A stretch of 64,000 bases of DNA from Octopus sinensis (Eukaryota): the NCBI RefSeq assembly GCF_006345805.1, contig NC_042998.1, forward strand, positions 112,654,001 to 112,718,000. The letters are read 5' to 3'. The translations under genes and the position numbers were made by a program. This document shows, piece by piece, positions 24,991 to 37,563 of this stretch (its first letter is position 1; the number at the start of each line of letters is the position of its first letter). The notes beneath the pieces were generated by a model that did not search any database, was not told the DNA's origin, and was given only the letters and a program-made list of their open reading frames with translations.

Positions 24991-27239
24991 AATGACCGCG
25001 AACCCACAAGAGTAAACAAGAGAGAGACAGAAACAGGCAGAAACAAGGAAAATGCTCCCTGTATTTGAATACTATATAAATATTCTTTTAAAAAACTTTT
25101 CTTTTAATTTTTTCCAAAATTTAATTGTTTTCTATACTTACAGAAGAAAAAGTCTCAATGATTGAAATCGGTACTGAAATGTTTTTTATAAAATTATGTT
25201 AACATTTTCTACCTTGACTCTTTTTTCCATATATATATATATATACATATACACTCTAGATGTAAGACAACATATGGTTGAAGACTTGTTGATGACTGGA
25301 AGAGGTCTGAGAGGGGTAGAGGCAGCAGATGTATTTTTCAGAGGTATTGTTAGGGACACTTTCCATTATAGTAACTGAAAGCTTGCTCGCAGACATCACA
25401 TTTCAGAGGGAGGAACCAGTAGAGACTTTTGCTAGGATAGACTGCAATATCAAGTCATAAACATTGAGGCATGGTATTGCAACCTAGGTTCAAGGAAATA
25501 TCTGATGCACAAAAGAGATAGAGAGACGGCTGATACAGGTTTAGTGATATTAACAGCAAAGTTGTGACCTTCATCATAAGCAAGTGTCCAAAAATTGTCA
25601 TGACACACGTAAACATATACATACACATATCAACACATTACACACATAAACTTGTTACTGACACAAATACACACACACACACACACACATACGCACACAC
25701 ATATAACACATTACATATACAAACTCATACGAAAGCACATATACAGACATATTACACATGCGCGCTGGCGACAGTTTTTTCACAGCTGTAAATTTGCCAG
25801 CTGCTGCATTTGTTGATTTATGAATTTCTTTAACGTAACCTACACACACTCACAGACTTATACACACACTTGCACACATATGCGCGCGCACACATACATT
25901 CTCTTACAGAAAGAGATACAGAGAAATACAGAAAGAGCAAAAGGGGGTGGATAGATCACTTGTCTAAGAAAACTACTACAAAATGTAAGCGAGTGAACAC
26001 CAGCTGTAGATCTCGAGAACAATACGAAGGATCAACACAGTAAGACATTATGGAGAGCTACTACACTGATAATGGCCGATAAGTTATACTGAACTAGGCT
26101 GGAGTTTGTTCTAATATTTAATATCGATTTTTGCATAGTTTTTCCTACACATACTGTTATAAACTGACTTACTTCTTCCTCTACGACACTTGCTGGGTGA
26201 AGTCTGGTATTACATTTGAACTCGATCCTAAGTAAATGAAAATTCTTGACGTTCTACTCACCAAATATAACATCGAACTAATGTGAGCAAGCTTACATCT
26301 GTGTGTGTGTGTGTGTGTCTGTGTGTGTGTGTCTGTGTGTCTGTGTGTCTGTGCTATAGTGTACATTAACATATAACTATATTTTAGCCAAGGAGAATGT
26401 ATCGGACAGATGCAAACACCTTGCACCTGAATAAAAGGCATCCAGTAATATTTTGTATATAAACGCAAGGTGTTTACATCTCTCTACTGCATACAGTGTT
26501 CACTAAAATCTATAGAAGTATTCTGTAGTGCAGTGTAATATTGTAACAACACACTGTTAAGATACTAGTAATTTATTAATGGAACCAGCTCCTAAGAATG
26601 CGTTACAAATGCAAATCGGTGAATTCGATTTATTTAAGCTCTTACTAATAATATGTAGTATCTAATAATATCTAATAATTAACTTCCACGTCGATGGGGA
26701 TACTAACATTATAATGTCTGTGGGGCCGAGGTAGAGATCTAAGGTCCAAACGGCATTTGATTGTCACATCGTATTACAAATAACACTAAGCGAATACTCT
26801 CCTAAAACAGACCTGCTTATCACAGTCAGTACCACAGCAAACCTGACTCCCACTGCTACTATTTTACCTGCAATCAGGTTGATCAATGAGACACCAGTGA
26901 CGATAATAAGTGTACTACGACTGGAAGAACGAAAAGTATGGATAATTGAAAGATGCCCTTAGAAAAATGCTTCAAAGAAAGATTATTTCATTTTTTAAAA
27001 CTCCCATTGCAAAACGTACCACGTCTGACTAGCATTGATAAAACACCAACTGATTTGCTGTTTTGTTAAACGAAATCGGATTGAAATTTTACAACAGAGT
27101 AATGATCTTCATTTTGGTGAATTAACGCTTGTTTATATGCCCCGCCAACAACTGCAAAACAGTGCCAAGTTTGTTGGTGTTGTCAGAAATGAATTTGAGC
27201 ACCCCACAAAAATAATGTTCAAGAGGTAAAAAACTACTG

Positions 27240-30190
27240 TCTATTAACCAGCAGAATTTCTATCATGAGCAGTTATACAGTCCTCGTCTTAAAGTGAAAA
27301 CAAGGTTAGCAGAGATTAACATCGATTTAGAAGCCGTGAATGTCGCATCATATCTCTTCGACAACAGCAACTGAGCGTAGAAGTACATCCACAGAACGAA
27401 TCTACATACATGAGATATATAATAAATAGTCGGAGAGAAACTTTTCAGAAAGCATCTCTTAAGTGGTTATCAAGGATACATATCCAAGGAAATTGCACGG
27501 CTCTTCCACTTATCATCAGATACAAAACTGTATAATAATCGATAGAAGGCCAAGCGTAAATATGTTGCCAAAACAAACTTCAACAACATAAACAATCAAA
27601 AATAGTCTAATTTGGATTAACAAAAACAGTTTTCACTTTGATGAATAATTTTTTGCAAAACATATACAAGAAATAACAACAAAATACCTCGTGCACAAAA
27701 TGGATAGGAATGCAGATAAAACCTGTAAATTCGGCAGTCGATGAGACTTTGTGGAATTAAAACCAAAGATATAACCCATATCTTAACTCTCCGAAAAATT
27801 ATACAACGTAATCCATAGAAACGACCGTGTTGAAAGTTAGAAATACAAGGTGGGCATGCCTATTCTAATAGGAAAGAAATATGAAAAATCAATTCAGAAC
27901 ATATATTCATACATATGCATGCATGCATCCATCCATCTATACATACATATATACATACAGGCAGACACACAGACAGTCATAAATATATCCAAAAGTACTA
28001 CGGAAGAACAAATTGACATACCAAAGTGGCTTACCATAGCACAGGCGAATCTCCTGGCCAGGAATGAAACCACTGAGTTGCCTGAAAACTACAAACCCAT
28101 TTCTTGCCTAAATATTATGTATAATCTGTACGCAAGCTGCCTCAACCAGTTCCTCCAGGGTCATTATGAGTCCAGCAACATAATGACTGATGAGCAGGCC
28201 GGTGAAAAGAAGAGAGTGGGGGTATGTGCCGAAGAATTTCTAATAAACAAAGCTATCTGAGGAAAAAAAAAACAAACAAAAAACATCGTAGGAGCTTTGT
28301 AACAGTATGCTCTGATTATAGGAAAGCATTTGACTCTATTCCCTACTCATGGCTGCTGAAATATCTCCATCTGTCAAAAGTGCCTGCTACCTTAATTTCT
28401 GCTATTGAGAGGCTCATAGAGATCTAAGCCACGATCCTCACACTTAGAACAGAAAATAGAATGATCGTCTCCAATGCCATAAATATTTCAAAAGGAATAT
28501 TCCAGGAAGTTAGTCTATTTGTACCTCTATTCATTTTGGCGTTAAACCCATTATTATTCATGCTACTAAAAACAAATGGCTACATGCTAGGGTCTCCAAC
28601 TGCAAGAGATATTAATGTAACCCATAATTTCTTTGTGGATGACCTCAAGGCTTATGCTAAAAATGTTAACAATGCCAAAAAAACAACTGGAATTAATAAC
28701 ACTTTCAGCTGACATAGGAATGGAATTTAGCCAGAAGAAATGTTGAATGGGGAAAATCAGTCACTCAGTCTCTCCTGTTCCACACAAAGAATGCTACTAG
28801 AGCCTGGGCATTGATGAAAATATGTCATACCAAGGTACTGTGACCCAAGAATATTACACCAGACTAAGAAAACCATGACAGTCCGAACTCTTACAAGACA
28901 ATATCTCACAATGCACTTGCAGTACCGGTGCCGATTCCAACATTTGGGTTACTTGGTTGGTCTGTGGAAGAAATGCACTCCATAGACATTAAAATCCGTA
29001 AGATTCTAACATCAACTCGAAATTTCCACAAAAATAGAGATATCGACAGATAACGGAGATAGGGGCTTGAGATTAGTGCACACAGCCTTCTGATGTCGCA
29101 TAGTCTCTCTCAGACAGCATTTGCTAAACAACAGCAGCAAGAATAAATACATTATCTTAGTGCTGAAAAAGGAAAAAAACAATAAACTGCGTGCTGGAAG
29201 TGAGTTCTTTAGGAAGTACTCTCTTTCTGATGACCTCCCATACAACCCCAAATCAGCTGGACTAGCATACCTCAAAGAAGACTTGGAGGTGAAACGCTCA
29301 ACGTGCCAAAAAAGGACCATGCGTGGGTACGTTTCTTGATAGTAACATTGACATGAAGCGATGCTCTCTTGGATTTGTGACCGCTACGTCACATCACTCT
29401 TTGCAATCCACGAACAGGAGAGTGCTACTTAATACTTAATCAACAAAAGAGAGTGAACCCTTGGAGTTCCAAGATGCAACTGTAAATGTAGATTATGTCA
29501 TATTTCTGTGGAAGACATTACACATGCGATTAGTATCTGCCAAAACAAGTCATCAAGGTACTACCTCCCTATGAGACATGATGTCGTAAAAACAATATAC
29601 AATGTCATTCGGAAAAAAGATTGTCCTGGAATAAATATAGAGAATCCCCCTGTTATTGAATATATATACAAATACCAGTACAAGGAATACTAGTGGAGCA
29701 TTCTCATCAAAAGATCTGTCGAGTGTAAGTACAACAGGCCGGTTATTGTTGTTTGGGACAGGCAAGAAGTATGTACTATCATAGAGGTCAGCTCTCCTGC
29801 TGATGTGGAATATCTCTTTGAAAATCAAAGAGAAAGAAGATAACTACGGACAGCTGTTTCGAAAACTCTAGTTTCTATATCCGGATTACAAATTCCCATT
29901 TATACCAACAATAATTAGAACACTTTGTTTTTTAAGTAAATGCCTAACTGTCAGTCTGGATCAGTTTGGATTTTCGGGTGGAGGGGAACCAACCAGCTGA
30001 CTCGCACATTACAAATACAATCTGTAAGCGGGACTGTGAAACTATGCAAGACTTTTCTCAGGTTTAAAATGTGACATTGTTTTTGTTATCTACATTCAAA
30101 TAATGGAGCTTTGATTCTTTGTTAGAAACCAGCTCCTTCTTCAGACGAAGAATTTCAATGATCAAATATAGAAAAGTCATACATAAAATG
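27240..30190 (+). mobile_element. Long decayed R4-like RLE non-LTR retrotransposon
   Basis: RT motifs PENYKPISCLN, DYRKAFDSIPYSWL, KGIFQ..SL, FILALNPL and THNFFVDDLK; CCHC knuckle CRLCHISVEDITHAISIC; RHD; RLE region NRPVIVVWD...IIEVSSPAD. Many stops and frameshifts. The 5' boundary is approximate. Confidence 0.85.
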
Positions 30191-30782
30191 CAATCTCACA
30201 CACACACACATACATGTATTGAAGAGACGTTTATAACTATTACATGAATGCAAGTACATTCTCAAAAACACCCACATGCATCAACCATCAACTCGAACTC
30301 ACATACTTACACATCCCTGGAACTGTCTTGACTCAAGCAAAAAGATCTTGTCACTTGTTAATATTTGGTTTCACATCGACAAAGACCTTAAAAATCCTTA
30401 GGAAAAGATAACATGCATACATGAAATAAGCTCCTAAGTCAGTCACACCGGTATAGGAAACTATTTATTCTTTCGTGTACTGAATAACTGAATACTTTCC
30501 TTAAAAGCCTGCCCTTAATACATGTCTTCTTTGTTTGGAGAATATTGTAGATGCAAATAAAGCGTCAAAAATACCAGGTAAATAACTATTGATATCACAG
30601 TAAATTCTGTCCGGAAGAAAATTCCTAAATGCATAGACTTCGGTCTAAACAAAAATAGCAGTAATAATATAGATCAAAGACTGCCGTCATCATACCAGCA
30701 CGTGTTAGCCTCATACGAGCAAATAATAAATGTGCGAAAGATCCAACACAGCTCAATGCGATATTTAAGGATAACCTCACTA

Positions 30783-31005
30783 CAGTAATCCCTAGCCATA
30801 TCGCGGTTCACCTATTGCGGTTTATTATTTAAGCTTACGTCGATTCCTTTGTGTTGTTTTGCATTTATTTATGATAAAATAAATATATACAAATTATAAA
30901 AATAATTCTAAAAAACTATACAGTACAGTACTGTTTCTACTTCCCGGATTTTCACTTATCGCGTGTGGAGGGAACGTAACACCCGCGGTAGTCGAGGGAT
31001 TACTC
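30783..31005. mobile_element. pogo/Tigger-like MITE
   Basis: TA|CAGTAATCCCTAGCCATATCGCGG ... CCGCGGTAGTCGAGGGATTACTC|TA: imperfect TIRs with a TA target duplication. Confidence 0.7.
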
Positions 31006-32229
31006 TATTTTCATCAACAACCTACTAAATGAAAGAACGACTATGACACGTGTCGATAGACATCCCATTAACTTGATGTTATTCGCTACCAATTAAGTTG
31101 ATAAAGAACACTTAACACAAATTGAAAATGTCAGTCTTGGGACAGTGATTGCCTTACTTTATTGTGTTGCAATTATCATTTGCCAGTAGATGAGAGTAAT
31201 TGAGAGCGATGGAAATCATAAGAATACACAAGTAAATTGGCTCAATTCTAGCGAAAAGAACATCGACAATCAATGGGAAAATTTCACACAATCGTATGTC
31301 ATTAGAAGTATATGAATAATTAATTCACAAACCAACAGTTGCGATTATGTAATAGCAATAAATAAGCAATACAACCACCTTTCAGTATGGCTAATAGAGC
31401 TAAGAAGCAAGAATTGAGCGATGGTCTCTCCTAACACATGTTTCATGATTTATTAAACTCTGCTGAGTATCGTTACAAAACGACCGAATAGAGGCAAGAT
31501 AAGAGAGACTAGGTATTGGTTTCTGAAATAGCCAACACACGTTCTACATGAAAGCTTTGGTTCGTATTTTATTGTCAATTCAGGGAATAGTTCACCAAAT
31601 ATGGATTTGGGATATCGATGTTTTCTCTATCTCCCCTCTGTCCAATGAAGAAAGCATCTAGGACATCGGAATTAAGAATACTATATACGTTGGTGCTATG
31701 AGTAAAATTTAGTAACAGAAAAAAGTACTCCGACAGGCTTTGGAAGTTATGAATGTTTTGAGCTTTACACAATCGATAAGAATATTTCAGAATGCTGTTG
31801 CAATACCAGTTCAAACAATAAAGATTCTATGCTGGGCATTTGAATCCACTTACAACTTGAACATCGAGATTAGGAAGGTATTAGCAATCACTGGTAATTG
31901 CAATATCAACAGCGATACTCAAGGACCCTGCGCTAGACGGAGAACATATGAAACGCATATAAATAGAACAAAAAAATACGCTCATGTGTAGTAAAGAGAC
32001 ACATTCACCCATTATGTGCGCAGAAACACATTCTATTTTACAACTACCTGCATCGACTCACATTTACTGGCAACCATGCGTCCATACAAATGCATACATT
32101 AAGCCGCATTCATATGTTCACAAACCCCTGGAATTATTTTGAATTAAGCTATCAAAATTTGTCAGCTTGAATTCGAAGAAGAATAAATGAACTTAAAGAA
32201 AAAAATTACAAACAGACACACACACACAC

Positions 32230-32274
<45 letters not shown>

Positions 32275-32291
32275 CATATACATATATACAT

Positions 32292-32365
<74 letters not shown>

Positions 32366-32656
32366 CTTTATATATATATATATAAACAGCTGTATCTATA
32401 AATGCTCTATCTATACAGCCTTGGTTTTTTTATAGCATTCCGTAAAAATTCATATATATATATATATATATATCGAATCCACACCTCTCACCTTCGCGAT
32501 AAATGTGCTGACCGATTACATCAGCATACCCCCTATTTTTTCCTTTAAATTTAGGAACTATGATTTCATAGAAGTCTGTAAACATGTATGTAAAATGTGT
32601 AAACTAAGAAACGGTGACAAGTGAAAATTTGGTAAATATAATTATAAGCTTTTTAT

Positions 32657-32693
<37 letters not shown>

Positions 32694-32757
32694 CACACAC
32701 ACACACACATATATACATACATACATACATACATACATACATACATACATACATACA

Positions 32758-32789
<32 letters not shown>

Positions 32790-32791
<2 letters not shown>

Positions 32792-33200
32792 GTAGCTGTT
32801 TTCTTCTATACGAGCACAGCCATTGCTAGAAAGAATCCCAGAAATGAGTCACTGATGATGCAATGTGAGGCCCTCGTATGACTCTTGAGCCCGGCGAAAG
32901 ATTTGCACATTCTATTGCATAATTCACAGATGTGCTGGCTGGCAAAAGGAACAGGTGCCAGGATATGAACTCTTTTGACATGCCTTTTCAATCCTCCAAC
33001 TGAAAGGCACACCTTTCTACAGGTTGCACATGTTCTGTTGTGAACAATAACCATATCACAATTTACAAAGGATTGATTCTCGTGAGTTCTCTGATGGCTG
33101 ACCAGACCTGCACGACTCAAGCATTGCCTCCTATAAATCACACACACACAATGTAGGAGTTAGTTAACAACTCCACAAACACAGCTACAGGCAGAATTTC
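32790..33200 (-). mobile_element. Second RTE-like 3' fragment with C2H2 zinc fingers
   Basis: QCLSRAGLVSHQRTH, CATC...LKRHVKRVH and CELC...FAGLKSH. The 3' end ATGGCTGTGCTCG...CAGCTA is followed by (TATG)n. Confidence 0.7.
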
Positions 33201-33308
33201 TCACATACGTAGTATATATATAATTATATAACCTTTCATTGACTATCGACTATAGGAAAATAGACTAATACGGGAGTAAATAAAGCCTCGACGGAAAAAT
33301 ATGGGCAT

Positions 33309-33381
33309 TAGTATGCGTAGGAATCGAATCCACACCTCTCATTTTCGCGATAAATGTGCTGACCGATTACACCAGCATACC
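33309..33381 (-). pseudogene. tRNA-like sequence (degenerate), partial copy at 32473-32530
   Basis: GGTATGC TGGTGTAATCGGTCAGCAC A TTTAT CGCGAAA ATGAG AGGT GTGGA TTCGATT CCTAC GCATACT folds as an imperfect cloverleaf with A and B boxes. Confidence 0.5.
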
Positions 33382-33781
33382 CACCTATTTTTTTCATTTA
33401 AATTTAGGAACTATGATTTCATAGCAGCAAGTGTGTAAACATATATCTAAAATGCGTAAACTAAGAAGCGGTTACAAAAAAAATGTAAATATAATTATAA
33501 GCTTAAGCGTATAATTATATTCACAAGATTTTCAATCGTCAGCGTTTGGTGTGGTTCTTCCCCTGAAGGCAACTTGTAACATGTTTCATCAGAGACGAAA
33601 TAGCCGCTATATTAGTTTCCTTAAATCAATATCTAATCTAATATTTAAATTTACTTACGCCTCCCCCTAAATTGCTGGCTTTATGTCAGAATTTAAAATC
33701 AATTTTTAAATATAGTAAAGCAGCAAGCTGGCAGAATCGGTAACACACCGGGCAAAATACTTAACGCCATTTCGTCCCTCT

Positions 33782-34612
33782 TTTATCAATTTTGATGAAA
33801 CTTGACACGTGAGTAGAACTCATGTCTGGAGCCTCGTGGCATACACAGATTGTTGAAAAAATGGATAATAGGGCCCCTAGAAGAGATCCTTATATATATC
33901 GAATATATTTCATTTTAACAGCCAAGGGAAATAACCCATTCGCCCAGATTTTAACAGCTAAAGGAAATAACCCATTCATTTTCCTAATTAATTTGGTATA
34001 AATCAAATTGAGTATGCTTATTTCGTAGTATTTGAATTGTTAGAGTTACTTTCATAATTTATCCAGTACAACCCTTAAACAAGTAAATAGTATTTTCCTA
34101 AACAATAGATCCACTTATTTCGGTTAGTGACTTATTCACGAATATACCAACACTAGCGCCGCTGAGGGTAATATTCTCTGCGAACGCACAAAAACCCTTT
34201 TCAAATTTATTTACTTTGAATTATTATTATCTCATAACTGATTAGCCTATTACGTAACATGCTTCACGATTTTAGTATACATACCTTATTAGTATTTCCT
34301 CCTAAGTTCTATATACTCTGAGAACGCATTAAAGCCCTTTTGGGGACTACTTTATTTGAGTTCTTACTATCGAGTAACTAATTTCATGTTATTACATAAC
34401 TGATTTCACAAATTGGGTATTCATAGCTTATTGGAAATTCCTAAAAATAAGATCCTGTGTAAGACAGTTTGGTATTCACTGTAAATGCACAAAAACCGTT
34501 TAAAGGGCTACATACTTTGTATTGTTGTTATTGGATTGGCGAAATAATTATGAGATCGGAACCAAGAGATAAGCCCCGCCTTCCCGGGAGTTACCGGGTA
34601 CATATATTATAC
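33782..34612 (+). mobile_element. Non-autonomous Helitron-like element with internal repeats of about 140-160 bp
   Basis: 3' GC hairpin CCCGG..AGTTA..CCGGG near 34583-34599. Internal units recur (GAACGCACAAAAACCCTTTT / GAACGCATTAAAGCCCTTTT / AATGCACAAAAACCGTTT). Confidence 0.45.
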
Positions 34613-35185
34613 AGTTTAATATTGTAAATAAGATAATATCATTCAAAAATATAAAATATAAATCACCGTTTAAAGGAAAATTGTTGAATGTTAGAAAAAT
34701 ATCAATAAACGCAATAACTATTTTAATGTCGATAATAAGGCGACAATGACGATCCAGATTTTGAAGATGATAACAGTGAAATTCAAGTAAAGAAACATCT
34801 GATTCAACAAACTTTATCGACCAGCTGGAAGCGGAAAACTTGAATATATTTAATGAAACAATAAATATTAAGAAGTAGTCTTGTCGATTATATATCTCTT
34901 AGTGTGTGTTTAATGCATATAATAACTACATTCAATGAGGTACTTTCGTTGTTTTTTATTCGGTGCTTTCCTTTCTTTTTTCATATGATTCTTTGTCAGC
35001 CCCTGTACCAGATTTTTAATACTTTTTATTATTGCGGGATACATGTCTCCTATTCATTTATTTATTCTTGCTTCTGACTCTTACTCCCTTTCTCTTCCCA
35101 CGATCTCCTTTTGTAACTTTACTTCTAAATACACATCAACGCACGTATTTGGCTTTATTCTCAAATATCCTTTTACTATACACTA

Positions 35186-35188
35186 TAC

Positions 35189-35278
<90 letters not shown>
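35186..35278. repeat. (CA)n microsatellite
   Basis: Direct observation. Confidence 0.95.
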
Positions 35279-35283
<5 letters not shown>

Positions 35284-35464
35284 AAATCACAAGCGCGATG
35301 GTCCTTCTGCGCAATATAAGCTAATTATACTCATAACTCATTAGTGAACTCTGAGGAAAGTAGAAAAACCTTGCTCGACATGTTTTGCAATGAAATCAAA
35401 CATGGAACCATGGAGTTAAGAGGCGAACATTTTTAAACACACAACTGCGCTATATGTTCTATAT

Positions 35465-35562
<98 letters not shown>

Positions 35563-35582
35563 TTGTATGTATATGTATATAC

Positions 35583-35663
<81 letters not shown>

Positions 35664-35877
35664 GATTTTCCTTGTGTAGTTGTCTTGTACTCTTTATTTT
35701 CGTTGTTAAAAAAATGGTCCGTTCCATGCGTTTTTACCTTTTCGTTTCTCGTTGAGTTCTACGTCTATTTGTGGTGTCCTGTACACACGTATATATATTT
35801 ATATATGCATGTATATTAACATGTAGATGTAGGCACGTACACATATGTTTGTATGTATGCATATATTTTATTTATTA

Positions 35878-35954
<77 letters not shown>

Positions 35955-35996
35955 ATACATATACATATACATATATATATATACATATATATATAC

Positions 35997-36029
<33 letters not shown>

Positions 36030-36282
36030 TGTATGTATGTATGTATGTATGTATGTATGTATGTATGCGAAAATAAAGACAATAGGTGAGAACTGGAGAT
36101 GTTCACTGTAGAACACACATCGTAGTGCTCAAAAGGATTTGAACTGTAACTCCGAAGAGTGGTTATAAGAGAAATCCAAATTGAGCTGATATCGAAGTAG
36201 TAAAGGAGATTAACAAAGTTAGGCTTCGTATTTACAGGGAACATAAAAACTACAGAATGAAATATGAAGAAACTATATAATT

Positions 36283-36433
36283 TCTTAACTCGACAGCTGT
36301 TTCGGGAAGCTCAGAATTACGTAATAATCATAATAATCGTAATTTGCTGATGAAATATGCAACAAGTCATGCGTCTGTAATTGGTAATCAGTCACATGAT
36401 GATACAAGTTCGGCTCCTCTCTTCAGGAGAAGA
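36283..36433 (-). ncRNA. Type I hammerhead motif with an enlarged stem II and palindromic stem III
   Basis: TCTTCTC-CTGAAGA-GAGGAGC...(about 105 nt)...GCTTCCC-GAAA-CAGCT-GTC-GAGTTAAGA. Intact core and GUC triplet. Confidence 0.7.
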
Positions 36434-36802
36434 TAAACAAATTAGATTTTTATAGTAGTCTTAGTAAAAATATAGACAGTTAAAGAGAGAGGGGAATCAA
36501 AACGAGCTTAGGGATTACGTAAAGAGCAAGGAGAACGTCTAGAACATAAGAAGAAATGAAGAAGTATAGAATGGAAGAAACAGAAAAAAGAAAATAATGT
36601 TAAAATCAGCCTAACGAGACTTCAACTTTCTTTTCGCCCTTTCTCTCTCATTATGATTGCAATATAACTCTGGTCCTCCTAAAACAGCTGTCGAATTAAG
36701 AAATTACATATTTTCTTCATATTTTATTTTTACCCTCATTGTGTAGTTTTTGTACTCCATGCAAATATATTGATACCAAGCCTGTATTCATTCCCATTTC
36801 TA

Positions 36803-36845
<43 letters not shown>

Positions 36846-36986
36846 CTCTCCCTCTCTCTCTCTCTCTCTTTCTCCCTCTCTCTCTCTCTCTCTCTCCATA
36901 TATATACATATATATACATATATATGTGTGTGTGTGTGTGTGTATTTGTGCGCGCGCGTGTCAGTGTGTGAATGTGTATATGTATA

Positions 36987-37022
<36 letters not shown>

Positions 37023-37097
37023 CACACATACATATATATAGACAGACATATGCATTATACACAAGGACATATATATGTGTGTGTGTGTGTGTGTGTG

Positions 37098-37269
37098 TAG
37101 GAGTGGCTTTGTGGTAAGTAGCTTGCTTACCAACCACATGGTTCCGGCTTCAGTCCCACTGCATGGCACCTTGGACAAGTGTCTTCTACTATAGCCTCGG
37201 GCCGACCAAGCCTTGTGAGTAGATTTGTTAGACGGAAACTGAAAGAAGCCCGTCGTATATATATATATA

Positions 37270-37320
<51 letters not shown>

Positions 37321-37527
37321 TTGTATGTCTGTATTTGTCCCCCTCCAACATCGCTTGACAACCAATGCTGGTGTGTTTACGTCCCCGTAACTTAGCGGTT
37401 CGGCAAGAGACCGATAGAATAAGTACTAGGCTTACAAAGAATAAGTCCTGGGGTCGATTTGCTCGACTAAAGGCGATACTCCAGCATGGCCACAGTCAAA
37501 TGACTGAAACAAGTAACAGAGTAAAGA

Positions 37528-37530
<3 letters not shown>
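37098..37530 (+). mobile_element. Full-length SINE family C (OR/OK-like) with internal (TG)n
   Basis: Head GGAGTGGCTTTGTGGTAAG...GGTTCCGGCTTCAGTCCC, internal microsatellite, and tail ...CAGTCAAATGACTGAAACAAG. Also at 47270-47665 (-) and 49328-49730 (+). Confidence 0.8.

Positions 37531-37563
<33 letters not shown>

Noticed and set aside
25125-25185. CAGAAGA...GAAATCGGTA possible hammerhead in a TA-flanked segment
   Set aside because: Core and stems are too decayed to list as a feature; counted only as a possible degenerate copy.
37098-37170. tRNA genes at SINE heads (also about 1240-1305, 48160, 53495, 61425)
   Set aside because: They continue into SINE bodies and lack proper acceptor stems.
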